From the IMG/VR virus record IMGVR_UViG_3300035492_000219, positions 1 to 38,837 of that record: 38,837 nt of DNA. One strand, given 5' to 3'. The notes below the pieces were generated by a model. That model made no database searches, had not been told where the DNA came from, and worked only from the letters and a program-made list of their open reading frames with translations. The translations under genes were made by a program, and so were the position numbers. This document shows, one piece after another, positions 16,243-24,506 of this stretch (positions are counted from its first letter, which is position 1; each line of letters opens with the position of its first letter). The DNA is from a virus.

Positions 16243-17428
16243 CGGTTGCCTCGGGGTTTGTGGTCATGTTCATCGGGGTCAGGTACACGTCGCCGCCCTC
16301 GCGCGGGTTCATGTCTTCCATTTCGAGGCAGTCGTTTGGCGAGTACATGCCCCACTGAATGCCCTTGCCGTACGCCTCCATCCGCGCCTTGAGGTCGCCG
16401 CGGACCAGTGCCGCGGTGGTGAACTTGGCGTAATGGGTGGCGCGCTCGGCATCGGTCAGCAGGCCGACACGCACGCGCGATTCGATGCGGGTGAGGATTG
16501 GCACCAGGGCGTTGTTCAGGAACTCGGCGCCCTGATGCTCGATGTTGGTGAAGGTGCCGCGCTCCAGATCACCGATCATGTGCGGCGGCACGCGGAACAG
16601 ACCGGCGATTTCCGAACGCTGGTACTTGCGCGTCTCCAGAAACTGGCTGTCTTCCATGTTCAGGCTGACGGGCTTCCAGCTCAGGCCCATTTCCAGAACC
16701 ATGGGCTTGTGCGCGTTGGTCAGGCCGCTGTGTTCCTCGTTGAATTGCTTCTTGAGGCGCCCGAACGCTTCGTCGGTCAGCTTCTGCTCGGTACTCAGCA
16801 CGCCGCTGGTCACGGCGCCATTGGCGAACAGCTGGGCGCCGTGGGCCTCGGTCGAAAGCCCCAGGGCGATGGCCTGGCGGGCGTAGGCAACCGGATTCAG
16901 CCCGGTTACGCCGTCCAGGGTCAGCAGGCGCACATGCCAGATTTTTGCCTGGGTTAGCGTCTCCTTTCGGCCGTCTCGCCAGGTGACTTCATAGACCAGC
17001 TCCCAATCCTCGGTCAGCTTGGGCACCACGCTGCCAGGGTCGAGCGGCAGCAGCTCGACCACCTTGCCGCCAATGCCGTGGACCTTGTAGGCGTAGAAGT
17101 TGCCGCGCAGCGCGAGGCAGGCCACCAGCAGCTCCCAAAGCTCCTGGCTGGTCATGTAGTCGTTCGGGGCGAGCGACAGCAGGTTGGCGACCGGGTGGTC
17201 CTCCACCAGCTGGCGACCGCGGCCGGAGCGCTTGTAGAGCTTGCAGGGCAGCATGCCGACCGACTCGGCCAGCACGCGCACGCAGCTGAATACCGTGGCC
17301 AGCTGGAGCGCACGCTGCGCCGTTACGCGCTGCCCGGCAAAGGTGCCGTACTCGGTGCCAATCGCCGCCGCCAGCGCCTGGGGCGTATCCAGCGGGGTGA
17401 TGTTGGTTTTGCGCAGCATCTTGAACAT
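16223..17428 (-). CDS. Portal protein, HK97 family
   Basis: 401 aa; ..ALQLATVFSCVRVLAESVGMLPCKLYKR.. and position after terL. Confidence 0.9.
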   Translation of the reverse strand: MFKMLRKTNITPLDTPQALAAAIGTEYGTFAGQRVTAQRALQLATVFSCVRVLAESVGMLPCKLYKRSGRGRQLVEDHPVANLLSLAPNDYMTSQELWELLVACLALRGNFYAYKVHGIGGKVVELLPLDPGSVVPKLTEDWELVYEVTWRDGRKETLTQAKIWHVRLLTLDGVTGLNPVAYARQAIALGLSTEAHGAQLFANGAVTSGVLSTEQKLTDEAFGRLKKQFNEEHSGLTNAHKPMVLEMGLSWKPVSLNMEDSQFLETRKYQRSEIAGLFRVPPHMIGDLERGTFTNIEHQGAEFLNNALVPILTRIESRVRVGLLTDAERATHYAKFTTAALVRGDLKARMEAYGKGIQWGMYSPNDCLEMEDMNPREGGDVYLTPMNMTTNPEATDGNQKT

Positions 17429-17688
17429 CAGCCGTCACCTCTCGCGGCAGGGCTGGCGAAACCAGCCGCGGCCAGCGAAACCAGCAGCAGGATGGAACCG
17501 ACGCCCATCAGCGCCCAGGCCTCGCCAAAGGCCAGCCAGAGGCCGCGGCCGAGCAAGGCCAGGCCCAGCCAGCCGATAGCATCGGACAGGCCACCAGCAG
17601 CGGCGCGCAGGGCGGCGCCGGCGAAGGCGCGCACGGCGGCGCGGGCGCGGCCGAGCCGTGCCCGTGGGGCGGTCGTTTCAGTCATCAC
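17428..17688 (-). CDS. Small membrane protein (two predicted TM helices) between terL and portal
   Basis: ..AIGWLGLALLGRGLWLAFGEAWALMGVGSILLLVSLAAAGF.. 4-nt overlap at the terL end and 1-nt overlap at the portal end. Confidence 0.5.
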   Translation of the reverse strand: MMTETTAPRARLGRARAAVRAFAGAALRAAAGGLSDAIGWLGLALLGRGLWLAFGEAWALMGVGSILLLVSLAAAGFASPAARGDG

Positions 17689-19442
17689 AGGGTCCGTATG
17701 CCGTGGGTTTCGAGGTGGTCGGATAGCGACTCACTTTCATCAGGCGCATCGCGCAGCATCGCGCGCGACATGGCCATTAGCGCGGCGACCATGCCGTCAA
17801 TCTTGCGCATGTTGGTTTTGCCTTCGTCGGCCTTCTGCGGGATCAGCAGGCCCTTGCGTTCGCGCGTCACGACGTTGCCGGCCATCCACGTCAGCGGGCC
17901 ATCGTTGCCGTGACGGAAGCGACCAGACAGCAGCGCCGCCTCGACCTCACGCATGGGCATGTTCCATAGCGCGAAGCCGCCGCCGAACTGCACGGCGTTG
18001 GCGCCGTCTTTCAGCAGCTGGTGGCCGAGCTGGGTGGCGCGGTACTGGTCGTAAACGATCTCCTCGACGGCGAACTGCTCGCACAGGTCGCGGATATCCT
18101 CGCGGATCACGTCGAAGTCGGTTTCATCGCCGTCCGTAGTCAGCAGCTTTCCGTCAGCAATCCAGCCCTCATAGGCCGTTTGGTTGGGGCCAGCGCGCTC
18201 GACCGCGCCCTCCGGTAGGTAGGAGCGGCAAAACACCGTCCACCTGTCGCGCAGCTTGCCGCTGCCCTCGGGCTGCTCGATCTTGTCGCGGAACACCAGC
18301 ACTACGGCCGTTATGTCGGACTTGCTCGCCAGGTCGACGCCCATAAAACAGGGCTTGCCGGCGAAGTCTTCCAGGCGCAGCGATGAATCGCCGCAGGCGG
18401 CCCAGTCGCTCATATTGAGCCAGGCATGCGCCGCCGACACCCATATGTTGAGGTGCTTGGTTTTGAATGCGTTTTGCCGTGACGGGTAACGCTTTGCGTC
18501 CTGCAGGCGCTTGAGCAGGAATTCCTCGCTGACCGACACGCCATAGTTCGGGTTGGCCTTGCGCAGGTTGGCCGGGTCTTGCCAGTCGTCGCCATCGTCC
18601 AGGGTGTAGACGATGGCGAAAAGCTCGTCATTGTGCAGATCGCCAATCCCGGCCGAGGCCTTGAGCATGTCAATGGCCTGGCCGCGGTGGATGTAACACG
18701 GGCCGGCGACGTTGAAGCCCGCCGTGGTGATGGCGAACATCAGCGGCTGGTCGCGGGCGCCCATGCCGGTCAGCATGGTTTCGTAAAGCGCGGGGCTGTC
18801 GTGTTCGTGGTACTCGTCGACCAGGGCGCAGCTGGGCGACGAACCGTCGCCAGGGTCACCGATGACGGGCTCGAACCGGCTTTCGTCCGCCGGGATCGAC
18901 AGGCACCGGGCCATGACCTCGGCACTGCAGGCAGACACCAGTTCGGGCGTGCGTGCCAGCATCTGCTTGGCCGGGCGGAATACCTCAAGCGCCTGCTTTT
19001 CGGTGGTCGCGCCGCAATAGACCTCGGCGCCGAACTCGCCGTCCATGCCCCACATCCAGAGGCCCAGGCCGGCGGCAAGGACGCTTTTGCCGTTCTTGCG
19101 CGGGACTTCGCAGTACGCCTCACGGAAGCGGCGCAGCCCGGTTTTCTTGCTCACCCAGCCGAACAGGCTGCAGAAGATGAACAGCTGCCAGGGCTGCAGA
19201 ACGATCAGCTCCTTTTTCGCCGCCCATTTGCCCTTGGCATGCGGTAGCAGCTGGATGAACAGGCAGACCGCCTCGGCCTTGTCCTTGTCGAATCGCCACT
19301 TGAAGGCGCGGCGCTTGGATGCCTCAAGGTCGTTGAGGTGGCGCGCGCACGCCCATTTGACGTACTGGCAAGCCGCGATCCGGCCACTTACCACGTCGCG
19401 CGCGTACTTCGCCGCCGCGTTGACGTTTGGGTATGTGGCCAT
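17685..19442 (-). CDS. terL: Terminase large subunit
   Basis: 585 aa. Walker-like ..EVPRKNGKS.., ..LVDEYHEH.. and a C-terminal nuclease region. Lies next to the P27-type terS. Confidence 0.92.
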   Translation of the reverse strand: MATYPNVNAAAKYARDVVSGRIAACQYVKWACARHLNDLEASKRRAFKWRFDKDKAEAVCLFIQLLPHAKGKWAAKKELIVLQPWQLFIFCSLFGWVSKKTGLRRFREAYCEVPRKNGKSVLAAGLGLWMWGMDGEFGAEVYCGATTEKQALEVFRPAKQMLARTPELVSACSAEVMARCLSIPADESRFEPVIGDPGDGSSPSCALVDEYHEHDSPALYETMLTGMGARDQPLMFAITTAGFNVAGPCYIHRGQAIDMLKASAGIGDLHNDELFAIVYTLDDGDDWQDPANLRKANPNYGVSVSEEFLLKRLQDAKRYPSRQNAFKTKHLNIWVSAAHAWLNMSDWAACGDSSLRLEDFAGKPCFMGVDLASKSDITAVVLVFRDKIEQPEGSGKLRDRWTVFCRSYLPEGAVERAGPNQTAYEGWIADGKLLTTDGDETDFDVIREDIRDLCEQFAVEEIVYDQYRATQLGHQLLKDGANAVQFGGGFALWNMPMREVEAALLSGRFRHGNDGPLTWMAGNVVTRERKGLLIPQKADEGKTNMRKIDGMVAALMAMSRAMLRDAPDESESLSDHLETHGIRTL

Positions 19443-19448
19443 GATGGG

Positions 19449-19940
19449 TTATCCGGTCTTGCCTCCGCGCAGCAGCTCGAAGGGGTTTTTCTTCTCGCCA
19501 GTGCCGGCCGGTTTCAGCCTGGCCCGCGACGAAGGGTCGAGCCCGAGCGCGGCGCCGAACGTGGCCACCTGCCGCAACGACTCGTTGGCGACGGTGCAGG
19601 CCGGGTTCTTCATCGGGCCACCCTGGGCGCCGGTGACCACCAGGCCGTTCCTGTCGATGCAATCCTGCGCCTCGCGCCACCGCTGGTAGGCCATACAGAA
19701 GGCTTCGAGGTTGTGCAGATCGGTGGCCGCCATGATCTTGGTGGCCACCAGCCAGGGCGCGACGCTGCGCCAGATTTCGGCGGCGATATCGCCCATCCAC
19801 TCGGGCGGCTCGGGCACCTCGGCCAGTGCTTCGGGCGCCGGTTCGTTCTTCGGCAGGGCGCGCTTGCCGGCGTTGCCCTGCAGCAGTTTCAGCGCGGTCG
19901 GCTTCGGCTTCCGACCGCCTCCCTTGGCGCGCTGGGTCAT
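19449..19940 (-). CDS. terS: Terminase small subunit, P27 family
   Basis: MTQRAKGGGRKPKPTALKLLQGNAGKRALPKNEP..LEAFCMAYQRWREAQ..GLDPSSRARL is the family pattern. Confidence 0.88.
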   Translation of the reverse strand: MTQRAKGGGRKPKPTALKLLQGNAGKRALPKNEPAPEALAEVPEPPEWMGDIAAEIWRSVAPWLVATKIMAATDLHNLEAFCMAYQRWREAQDCIDRNGLVVTGAQGGPMKNPACTVANESLRQVATFGAALGLDPSSRARLKPAGTGEKKNPFELLRGGKTG

Positions 19941-19952
19941 CCTCGACGCTCC

Positions 19953-19984
19953 TGCGTTATTGCGTTATTGCGTCATATGACGCA
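19953..19984. promoter_or_regulatory. Array of four contiguous 8-bp boxes (TGCGTTAT TGCGTTAT TGCGTCAT ATGACGCA) abutting the terS RBS
   Basis: Read directly. The last two boxes form a near-copy of the palindrome TTGCGTCATATGACGCAA. The array starts 13 bp upstream of the terS ATG. Confidence 0.7.
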
Positions 19985-20205
19985 CTCCCCTAGCCGCCAC
20001 CCTGGGATTTTTTATTTCGCGGGCGTAAGAAAACGATTGGGGACGCGGTGTTTAAGCGCCGAACCTCCAGAGATTTACCCACCCCCTACCCTTCGGCGAC
20101 GTTCGGCACCGTTTCGGTGCATTTTCGACGCGCGTGCAGTTCGGGGCCGGCAGCCCTGCAAGGCTCGGCGCTCATGTGTTCATGCGGTGAATTGATGGCG
20201 TTTCG
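19985..20205. other. Non-coding HNH-terS gap, expected location of cos
   Basis: HK97-type HNH/TerS/TerL systems cut cos between the HNH and terS genes. The exact cos ends cannot be read from the sequence. Confidence 0.3.
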
Positions 20206-20601
20206 TCACAGCTCGTGGCGAATTTCGCGTGCTCTTGCTGCCGCTCTTTGCGATTCCTCGCGCGTTTTGCGCTTGTGGCAATCGGCGTTGATGGCGAACA
20301 GGTTTGACGGGTCATCGGTGCCGCCTTCGGCCTTGGCCTGGCGGTGGTCAACCTCGGTTGCCGGCAGCACTCGGCCGAGCTGGGTACATTCCTCACAGCG
20401 GCAGCGGTAGCCATCGCGCTTGAGGACCGTGGCGCGCAGCTTGCGCCACTCCGCGCCATAGCCGCGCTGCTCGGCAGTCCCGCGGCCCGGTGCATTCCAG
20501 CCGCTGGCCAGGTACTCATGCGCGGCGCAGTAGCCGTGCTTCTCCTGGGTCAGGCCTGGGCACATCGGCGCCCGGCACCCACGCTTAGCGCGGGGCGGCA
20601 T
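20206..20601 (-). CDS. HNH endonuclease (packaging-associated)
   Basis: ..RDGYRCRCEECTQLGRVLPATEVDHRQAKAEGGTDDPSNLFAINADCHKRKT.. ATG at 20601; the longer track ORF start is not believed. Confidence 0.85.
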   Translation of the reverse strand: MPPRAKRGCRAPMCPGLTQEKHGYCAAHEYLASGWNAPGRGTAEQRGYGAEWRKLRATVLKRDGYRCRCEECTQLGRVLPATEVDHRQAKAEGGTDDPSNLFAINADCHKRKTREESQRAAARAREIRHEL

Positions 20602-20866
20602 CGGCCGCTGCCTTCTGCTTGCGCACGCACCCGTCGACCTTGGCCGCACACTGCAGCAGCGCCGCCTCGGTCTGCACCAGGGCGGCGTCGAATTCCTCAT
20701 TGGTTCGCGGAGCGGTCCTGCCCGGCAGCCGGCACAGCGTCAGCTCGGGGCACGCTGCCTGCACTCGCTCGGTAGGCGCCAATGTCAGTTGTTTCGGGGC
20801 GGGCGTGCCGCATGCCGACAGCAGCAGGCACAGGGCTGCGCAGGTACTCGCGCGCATCAGGGTCAT
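20585..20866 (-). CDS. o-spanin (Rz1-like lipoprotein), overlapped architecture
   Basis: MTLMRASTCAALCLLLSAC has the lipobox LSAC. It starts inside the i-spanin gene in another frame and extends past that gene's stop. Confidence 0.75.
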   Translation of the reverse strand: MTLMRASTCAALCLLLSACGTPAPKQLTLAPTERVQAACPELTLCRLPGRTAPRTNEEFDAALVQTEAALLQCAAKVDGCVRKQKAAADAAPR

Positions 20867-21158
20867 TACGTTTCAGCTCCTCAAGGCCGGCGGCCAGGGT
20901 GTCGCCCTGCTGGTCGAGCAGGCTGGAAAGCTGGGCCATGTCGGCGCCGATCTTGCCGAGCGCCTTGGCTGTCTCCTGCTGACGGGCCAGCGCCTCGGCC
21001 TGCTGCTCGATGATGGCATCCGTGCGGGCTGCCTCAGCTTCCAGGGCGGCGATCTGCTGAGCCTGCAAGGCATTGACGCCGCGAGCATGGTCCAGCGTCC
21101 AGATCGCGGCGCCGAGCGAGGCCACCACCAGCACCCCGAGCAAATCCACTCTCAACAT
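20697..21158 (-). CDS. i-spanin (Rz-like)
   Basis: N-terminal TM segment (LLGVLVVASLGAAIW) followed by a Gln/Ala/Glu-rich coiled region. Lies downstream of the endolysin. Confidence 0.75.
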   Translation of the reverse strand: MLRVDLLGVLVVASLGAAIWTLDHARGVNALQAQQIAALEAEAARTDAIIEQQAEALARQQETAKALGKIGADMAQLSSLLDQQGDTLAAGLEELKRNDPDAREYLRSPVPAAVGMRHARPETTDIGAYRASAGSVPRADAVPAAGQDRSANQ

Positions 21159-21294
21159 CGCACCACCTCAATCACATATCCGGGCCGGCTGAACTGCGCA
21201 TGTATGGCAGCCACCAGCTGCGCCTGCGGCGTCTGCTCGGTATCAATCACCGTGGCGGTTCGCCCATCAGCGAAACGCACTGAGTATCGGCGCG

Positions 21295-21780
21295 TCACGG
21301 CGTAGCCAGGCACAGCTCGCGCCGCACCTGCGCGCGGGTCACGACCCCGCCGCAGTTGTTCGCCGGGTCGCGGCAGTCGCGGCCGCCGACGTACACCCAG
21401 CGCAGAAACTCGTCAGGCGCCGCCGGGTCGCCGGCATTGGTACGCCGCAGCAGGGTCGACGGCACATAGCGGCCGCGGCCCATCTGGAACGTAAAGTCGA
21501 CATGCGACACGCGGCAAAGCCAGCCCACCGGCGCCTTTAGGTGGCGATCGACCGTCCTGATGGCGTCCTGCAGGTCTTCCCATAGCCAGGCCATGCACTG
21601 CGAGCGGGTGGCCACATCGCCGGGCTTCACCCCGGCCGTGTGCCCGTAACAGATCGTCCACACTCCGCCCGTGTCGCGGTAAGCCGTCAGGCTCAGCCCC
21701 TCGAAGAACATCACCAGGGCCAGCAGCACCGGAGCGAAGCCAGCCGCCAGCGGCAGTACCAGCCCGCGTGGCAGCTTCAC
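21295..21780 (-). CDS. SAR endolysin (T4-lysozyme / GH24 type)
   Basis: N-terminal signal-anchor LVLPLAAGFAPVLLALVMFF, then EGLSLTAYRDTGGVWT with E-(8)-D-(5)-T catalytic spacing. Confidence 0.88.
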   Translation of the reverse strand: MKLPRGLVLPLAAGFAPVLLALVMFFEGLSLTAYRDTGGVWTICYGHTAGVKPGDVATRSQCMAWLWEDLQDAIRTVDRHLKAPVGWLCRVSHVDFTFQMGRGRYVPSTLLRRTNAGDPAAPDEFLRWVYVGGRDCRDPANNCGGVVTRAQVRRELCLATP

Positions 21781-21989
21781 GAGTCACCATCCTGGGCTGC
21801 TGGATTGGCGAACCACTTGCTTTTGAGGTGCCAGGCGATCAGCAGCACCGCATAGCCGAACATCAGCCAGCTGGTCAGCTCACTGACAGGCACACCGAAC
21901 AGTGTGGCGCCCGCGTAGGTCGCCGGTGGAATGGCCGCGATTCGCTCGGCCAGGTCCGCTTTCGTCTGGTCGAGAACCATCCGCACCAC
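21777..21989 (-). CDS. Holin (small two-TM, pinholin-like)
   Basis: 70 aa, ..ATYAGATLFGVPVSELTSWLMFGYAVLLIAWHLKSK.., with a charged C-terminus. Overlaps the endolysin start by 4 nt. Confidence 0.7.
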   Translation of the reverse strand: MVRMVLDQTKADLAERIAAIPPATYAGATLFGVPVSELTSWLMFGYAVLLIAWHLKSKWFANPAAQDGDS

Positions 21990-21992
21990 TCC

Positions 21993-22029
21993 AGAAACGC
22001 AAAACCCCCGGCATCTGCCGAGGGTTTCG
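21993..22029 (-). terminator. Intrinsic terminator immediately upstream of the holin (tR-prime-like position)
   Basis: Minus strand: AACCCTCGG-cagatg-CCGGGGGTT then TTTTGCGTTTCTGGAG and the holin ATG. Confidence 0.55.
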
Positions 22030-22138
22030 AGGGTTATTGTCTAGGCCGTGAACGCAAACACGCCACGCTAGGTAGAACTCTATGGAAAAGTGCCAAGCCC
22101 TGTCGCGACATCCGGCTTACATGCGAAACGCATCCGGC

Positions 22139-22516
22139 TCACGCCTCCACCTGTGCCGGTATCTCGAACTTCCACGCGGTCGGCGTGTGCAGGCACGCCA
22201 GCTCCCCTTTAAACGTCCCGCCGCAGCCTTGCGGTAACGGCTTGCCGCACTGCCGGCACGGGTACTGCCGCGCCTCGCCCAGCAGCCCATGCAACCGCTG
22301 GTTGTCCTCGCGGATCAGTGCAGACAGGTACTCGGTCACGTCATACGGCCCATTGACCCCGCCGCGCACCTGGCGGCCTTCATCGAGCATCGCCTGCTCT
22401 GCCGGCCCCAGGATCAATTCGACCTCCTTGAACTGCTGCGCCTTGAGCTTGGCCCGGCGCCGCTCTTGCCGCTTCGCAACGGCAGACTTCTTTTCGCTGT
22501 TACCCGTAACGCTCAT
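22139..22516 (-). CDS. Hypothetical protein: basic N-terminus, possible RHH-like segment, C-terminal Cys cluster
   Basis: ..KRQERRRAKLKAQQFKEVELILGPAEQAMLDE.. and CRQCGKPLPQGCGG..C. Start codon overlaps the upstream stop (ATGA). Confidence 0.55.
   Translation of the reverse strand: MSVTGNSEKKSAVAKRQERRRAKLKAQQFKEVELILGPAEQAMLDEGRQVRGGVNGPYDVTEYLSALIREDNQRLHGLLGEARQYPCRQCGKPLPQGCGGTFKGELACLHTPTAWKFEIPAQVEA
22492..22512 (+). repeat. 21-bp exact direct repeat, copy 1 (TTTCGCTGTTACCCGTAACGC)
   Basis: Identical to 31268-31288. Contains the inverted repeat GTTAC-CC-GTAAC. Overlaps the first codons of the 22139..22516 gene. Confidence 0.85.
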
Positions 22517-22737
22517 CGCCTTGCCCCCAATGCTCGATGCGCCCGGCCGTTCTGGCGGATCAGCTGCCAGTCATTTCCCTTGCAGATCACGGCGCACCCG
22601 TCGTCTTCCTCGCGTACCAGTCGGAAGCCTTCGGCCTCCTTTATGCGCAGCGTGCAACGCTGGGCCTCATTCAAGCCGCCCGAGCGGCGGGCGGGCTGCC
22701 CGGCGCGTGGGCGCAGCTGCTTGCCGTTATGCGTCAC
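22513..22737 (-). CDS. Hypothetical 74-aa protein
   Basis: ORF tightly packed between its neighbours. No recognised motif. Confidence 0.45.
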   Translation of the reverse strand: MTHNGKQLRPRAGQPARRSGGLNEAQRCTLRIKEAEGFRLVREEDDGCAVICKGNDWQLIRQNGRAHRALGARR

Positions 22738-22739
22738 AG

Positions 22740-23057
22740 CTAACCCCTCCCGAACAGCGCGCGGCGCTGATATTTCGCAAGTTTCGCCAGATGCTTTACC
22801 CGTGCCGGTCGCGCAACGGGCAGCCCGTCAGACCCACCAATTCGCCGGAACAGCTGCGCATGCTCACAGCACATCCGCCGCCAATACCCGCCATACGCCC
22901 AAGCTGCCCACCACTTTTGCAGCCATGACTTGTAATTTTTTCGACCAGACCAGCTCGATCTCGAAAGAACCTCGCGGCCTCGGCGAGCCTCAATGCAGGT
23001 GTAGTCACCGCCAGGGGCCGCAGGGTCTACCGCCATTGTCTTCTTCTCGCTCGCCAT
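22740..23057 (-). CDS. Hypothetical 105-aa Trp-rich protein
   Basis: Good SD (AAGGAGG) about 10 nt upstream of the ATG at 23057. No recognised motif. Confidence 0.5.
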   Translation of the reverse strand: MASEKKTMAVDPAAPGGDYTCIEARRGREVLSRSSWSGRKNYKSWLQKWWAAWAYGGYWRRMCCEHAQLFRRIGGSDGLPVARPARVKHLAKLAKYQRRALFGRG

Positions 23058-23086
23058 GTCCTAGCATCCTCCTTTGTAATGGATTG

Positions 23087-24370
23087 CTAAACGGCGCTCG
23101 GGGCCGCGTGGTTATTGGCTTCGGGCGGGGTCAGCATTGCGACCCGTCCGGGTTCTGTCTCGGTGGCAAAAAAAGAGAGGCCCCGCGGATCGAGGTAGCA
23201 ATGCCACCGTTCCAGGGCGTCGCGTTTCAGGCTCTGCGCATGGGTGTGGATATAGGCGGCGTCCAGATCATCGAGCGCGTGGTTCAGCAACAGCTCACCG
23301 ATCAGGTAATCGACGCCCAGGTCAGCCCACATTGAGCGGGCGATCTTGCGCAGGTCGTGGCTGGTCCACTCCCCATCCGCAATACGGGTAAATGCTGCTT
23401 GCGCTTGATCGGCTGAAAGCGGCTCGCCCTTGCCATTGGGGAACAGATAAACACCCTGATAACCCCTTGCCTTCTGATGGCGACGATAGGCAGTCAGGAT
23501 CGCGCACAGCTGGCGGGTGATCGGCAAACGGTGGTCGCTGCGGGTCTTCGTATCCTCGGCGGGCAGGAACCACTCCCCATCCTGAACAAGGGTGATATTC
23601 CCCCACTTGGCGACACGGGTTTCGCTGATACGGGTGCCATGGCACAGCATCATCAGAGCCAGCATTGAATCGGCCGGGCGCGTCGACCACAGCTCGGCCA
23701 GGCGATCCAGCAGCGCGGGCAACTGCTGCGGGCGCAGCGCGGTGCCCTTCGGGCGGATCGGCGTGCTGATGAAGTCGGTGAACACCATGTCCGCCAGCGG
23801 GTTGCTGGTCAGCATCTTGAGTTTGTGCGCCTGTTTGAATGCCTTTTTCAGCACCCCGAAGGCCTGCCGCGTGTAGGCCAGGCAGCACACCTCTTGCATT
23901 GGGCAGATCAGGCGCTCGTCCAGCGCCGCGCGATCCACCGCCAGCAGGCGCAGCGAGCCCAGGCGCGGCAGCAGGTGACGGGCCGCCACAGAACGCACGG
24001 TCGCTTTGTAATTCTTCGAGACGCTACGGGTACGGGCCAGGCGGTCGACGTACCATTTCAACAGGTCGGCAACCACTTCCCAGCCGGAAACCGTCACCAC
24101 CGTGGCCGGGTCGGCGGTCAGCTCGGCCAGCTTCTTCGGCAGCAGCTCCAGGGCGGCGCGCACGGAAAGGTCCGGCCAGTTACCCAGCTTTACGGACGGG
24201 CTCTTGCCGTTGACGTGGCGGATGATGTGCCAGGAAGCGCGCGAGTGGTCGCCGGTGAAGCGCAGCAGCAGCGCAGGCGTTCGCGGGTCGCGCAGGTTGC
24301 GCACGTCGAGCTGGGCGGCGTACCGCTTAACCTCGGCCTCGCTGAACTTGATATGAAGGGTTTTTCTCAC
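23087..24370 (-). CDS. int: Tyrosine integrase, P4-like
   Basis: N-terminal arm-type domain (..LLLRFTGDHSRASWHIIRHVNGKSPSVKLGNWPDLSVRAA..) and catalytic motifs ..CHGTRISE.., ..HDLRKIARS.., ..LLNHALDDLDAAYIH. Confidence 0.88.
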   Translation of the reverse strand: MRKTLHIKFSEAEVKRYAAQLDVRNLRDPRTPALLLRFTGDHSRASWHIIRHVNGKSPSVKLGNWPDLSVRAALELLPKKLAELTADPATVVTVSGWEVVADLLKWYVDRLARTRSVSKNYKATVRSVAARHLLPRLGSLRLLAVDRAALDERLICPMQEVCCLAYTRQAFGVLKKAFKQAHKLKMLTSNPLADMVFTDFISTPIRPKGTALRPQQLPALLDRLAELWSTRPADSMLALMMLCHGTRISETRVAKWGNITLVQDGEWFLPAEDTKTRSDHRLPITRQLCAILTAYRRHQKARGYQGVYLFPNGKGEPLSADQAQAAFTRIADGEWTSHDLRKIARSMWADLGVDYLIGELLLNHALDDLDAAYIHTHAQSLKRDALERWHCYLDPRGLSFFATETEPGRVAMLTPPEANNHAAPSAV

Positions 24371-24475
24371 GGTCGGGGCTCCAGATAGGCGCCCCGTGCC
24401 GGTCAGGCGGGGGCGCTTGGCCGCAACGCTCCCCTACCCATGGCAATGGGCATCGAATCGGAGAGAGTCGCGGAA

Positions 24476-24499
24476 TGCGTCAAAGCGTCAAAGCGTTAT
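24476..24499. promoter_or_regulatory. Three phased 8-bp boxes (TGCGTCAA AGCGTCAA AGCGTTAT) about 105 bp upstream of int
   Basis: Read directly in the 136-bp gap between the 24507 stop and the int start. Alternative reading: Int arm-type sites within attP. Confidence 0.55.
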
Positions 24500-24506
24500 A
24501 TGTAGA

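Noticed and set aside
18478-18492. 15-mer CGTGACGGGTAACGC inside terL, identical to 10937-10951.
   Set aside because: A single 15-mer match is about what chance predicts in 39 kb on two strands, and it lies in conserved coding sequence. Not treated as a site, unlike the 21-mer pair.
21152-21280. 42-codon GTG-initiated ORF filling the endolysin to i-spanin gap.
   Set aside because: No SD, a non-ATG start and no motif. It could be real (its stop overlaps the spanin ATG) but is not supportable from sequence alone.
24450-24470. CATCGAATCG resembling a tRNA T-loop, as a clue to an attP core.
   Set aside because: It lacks the GTTC context and any flanking complementary T-stem or acceptor-like sequence on either strand.
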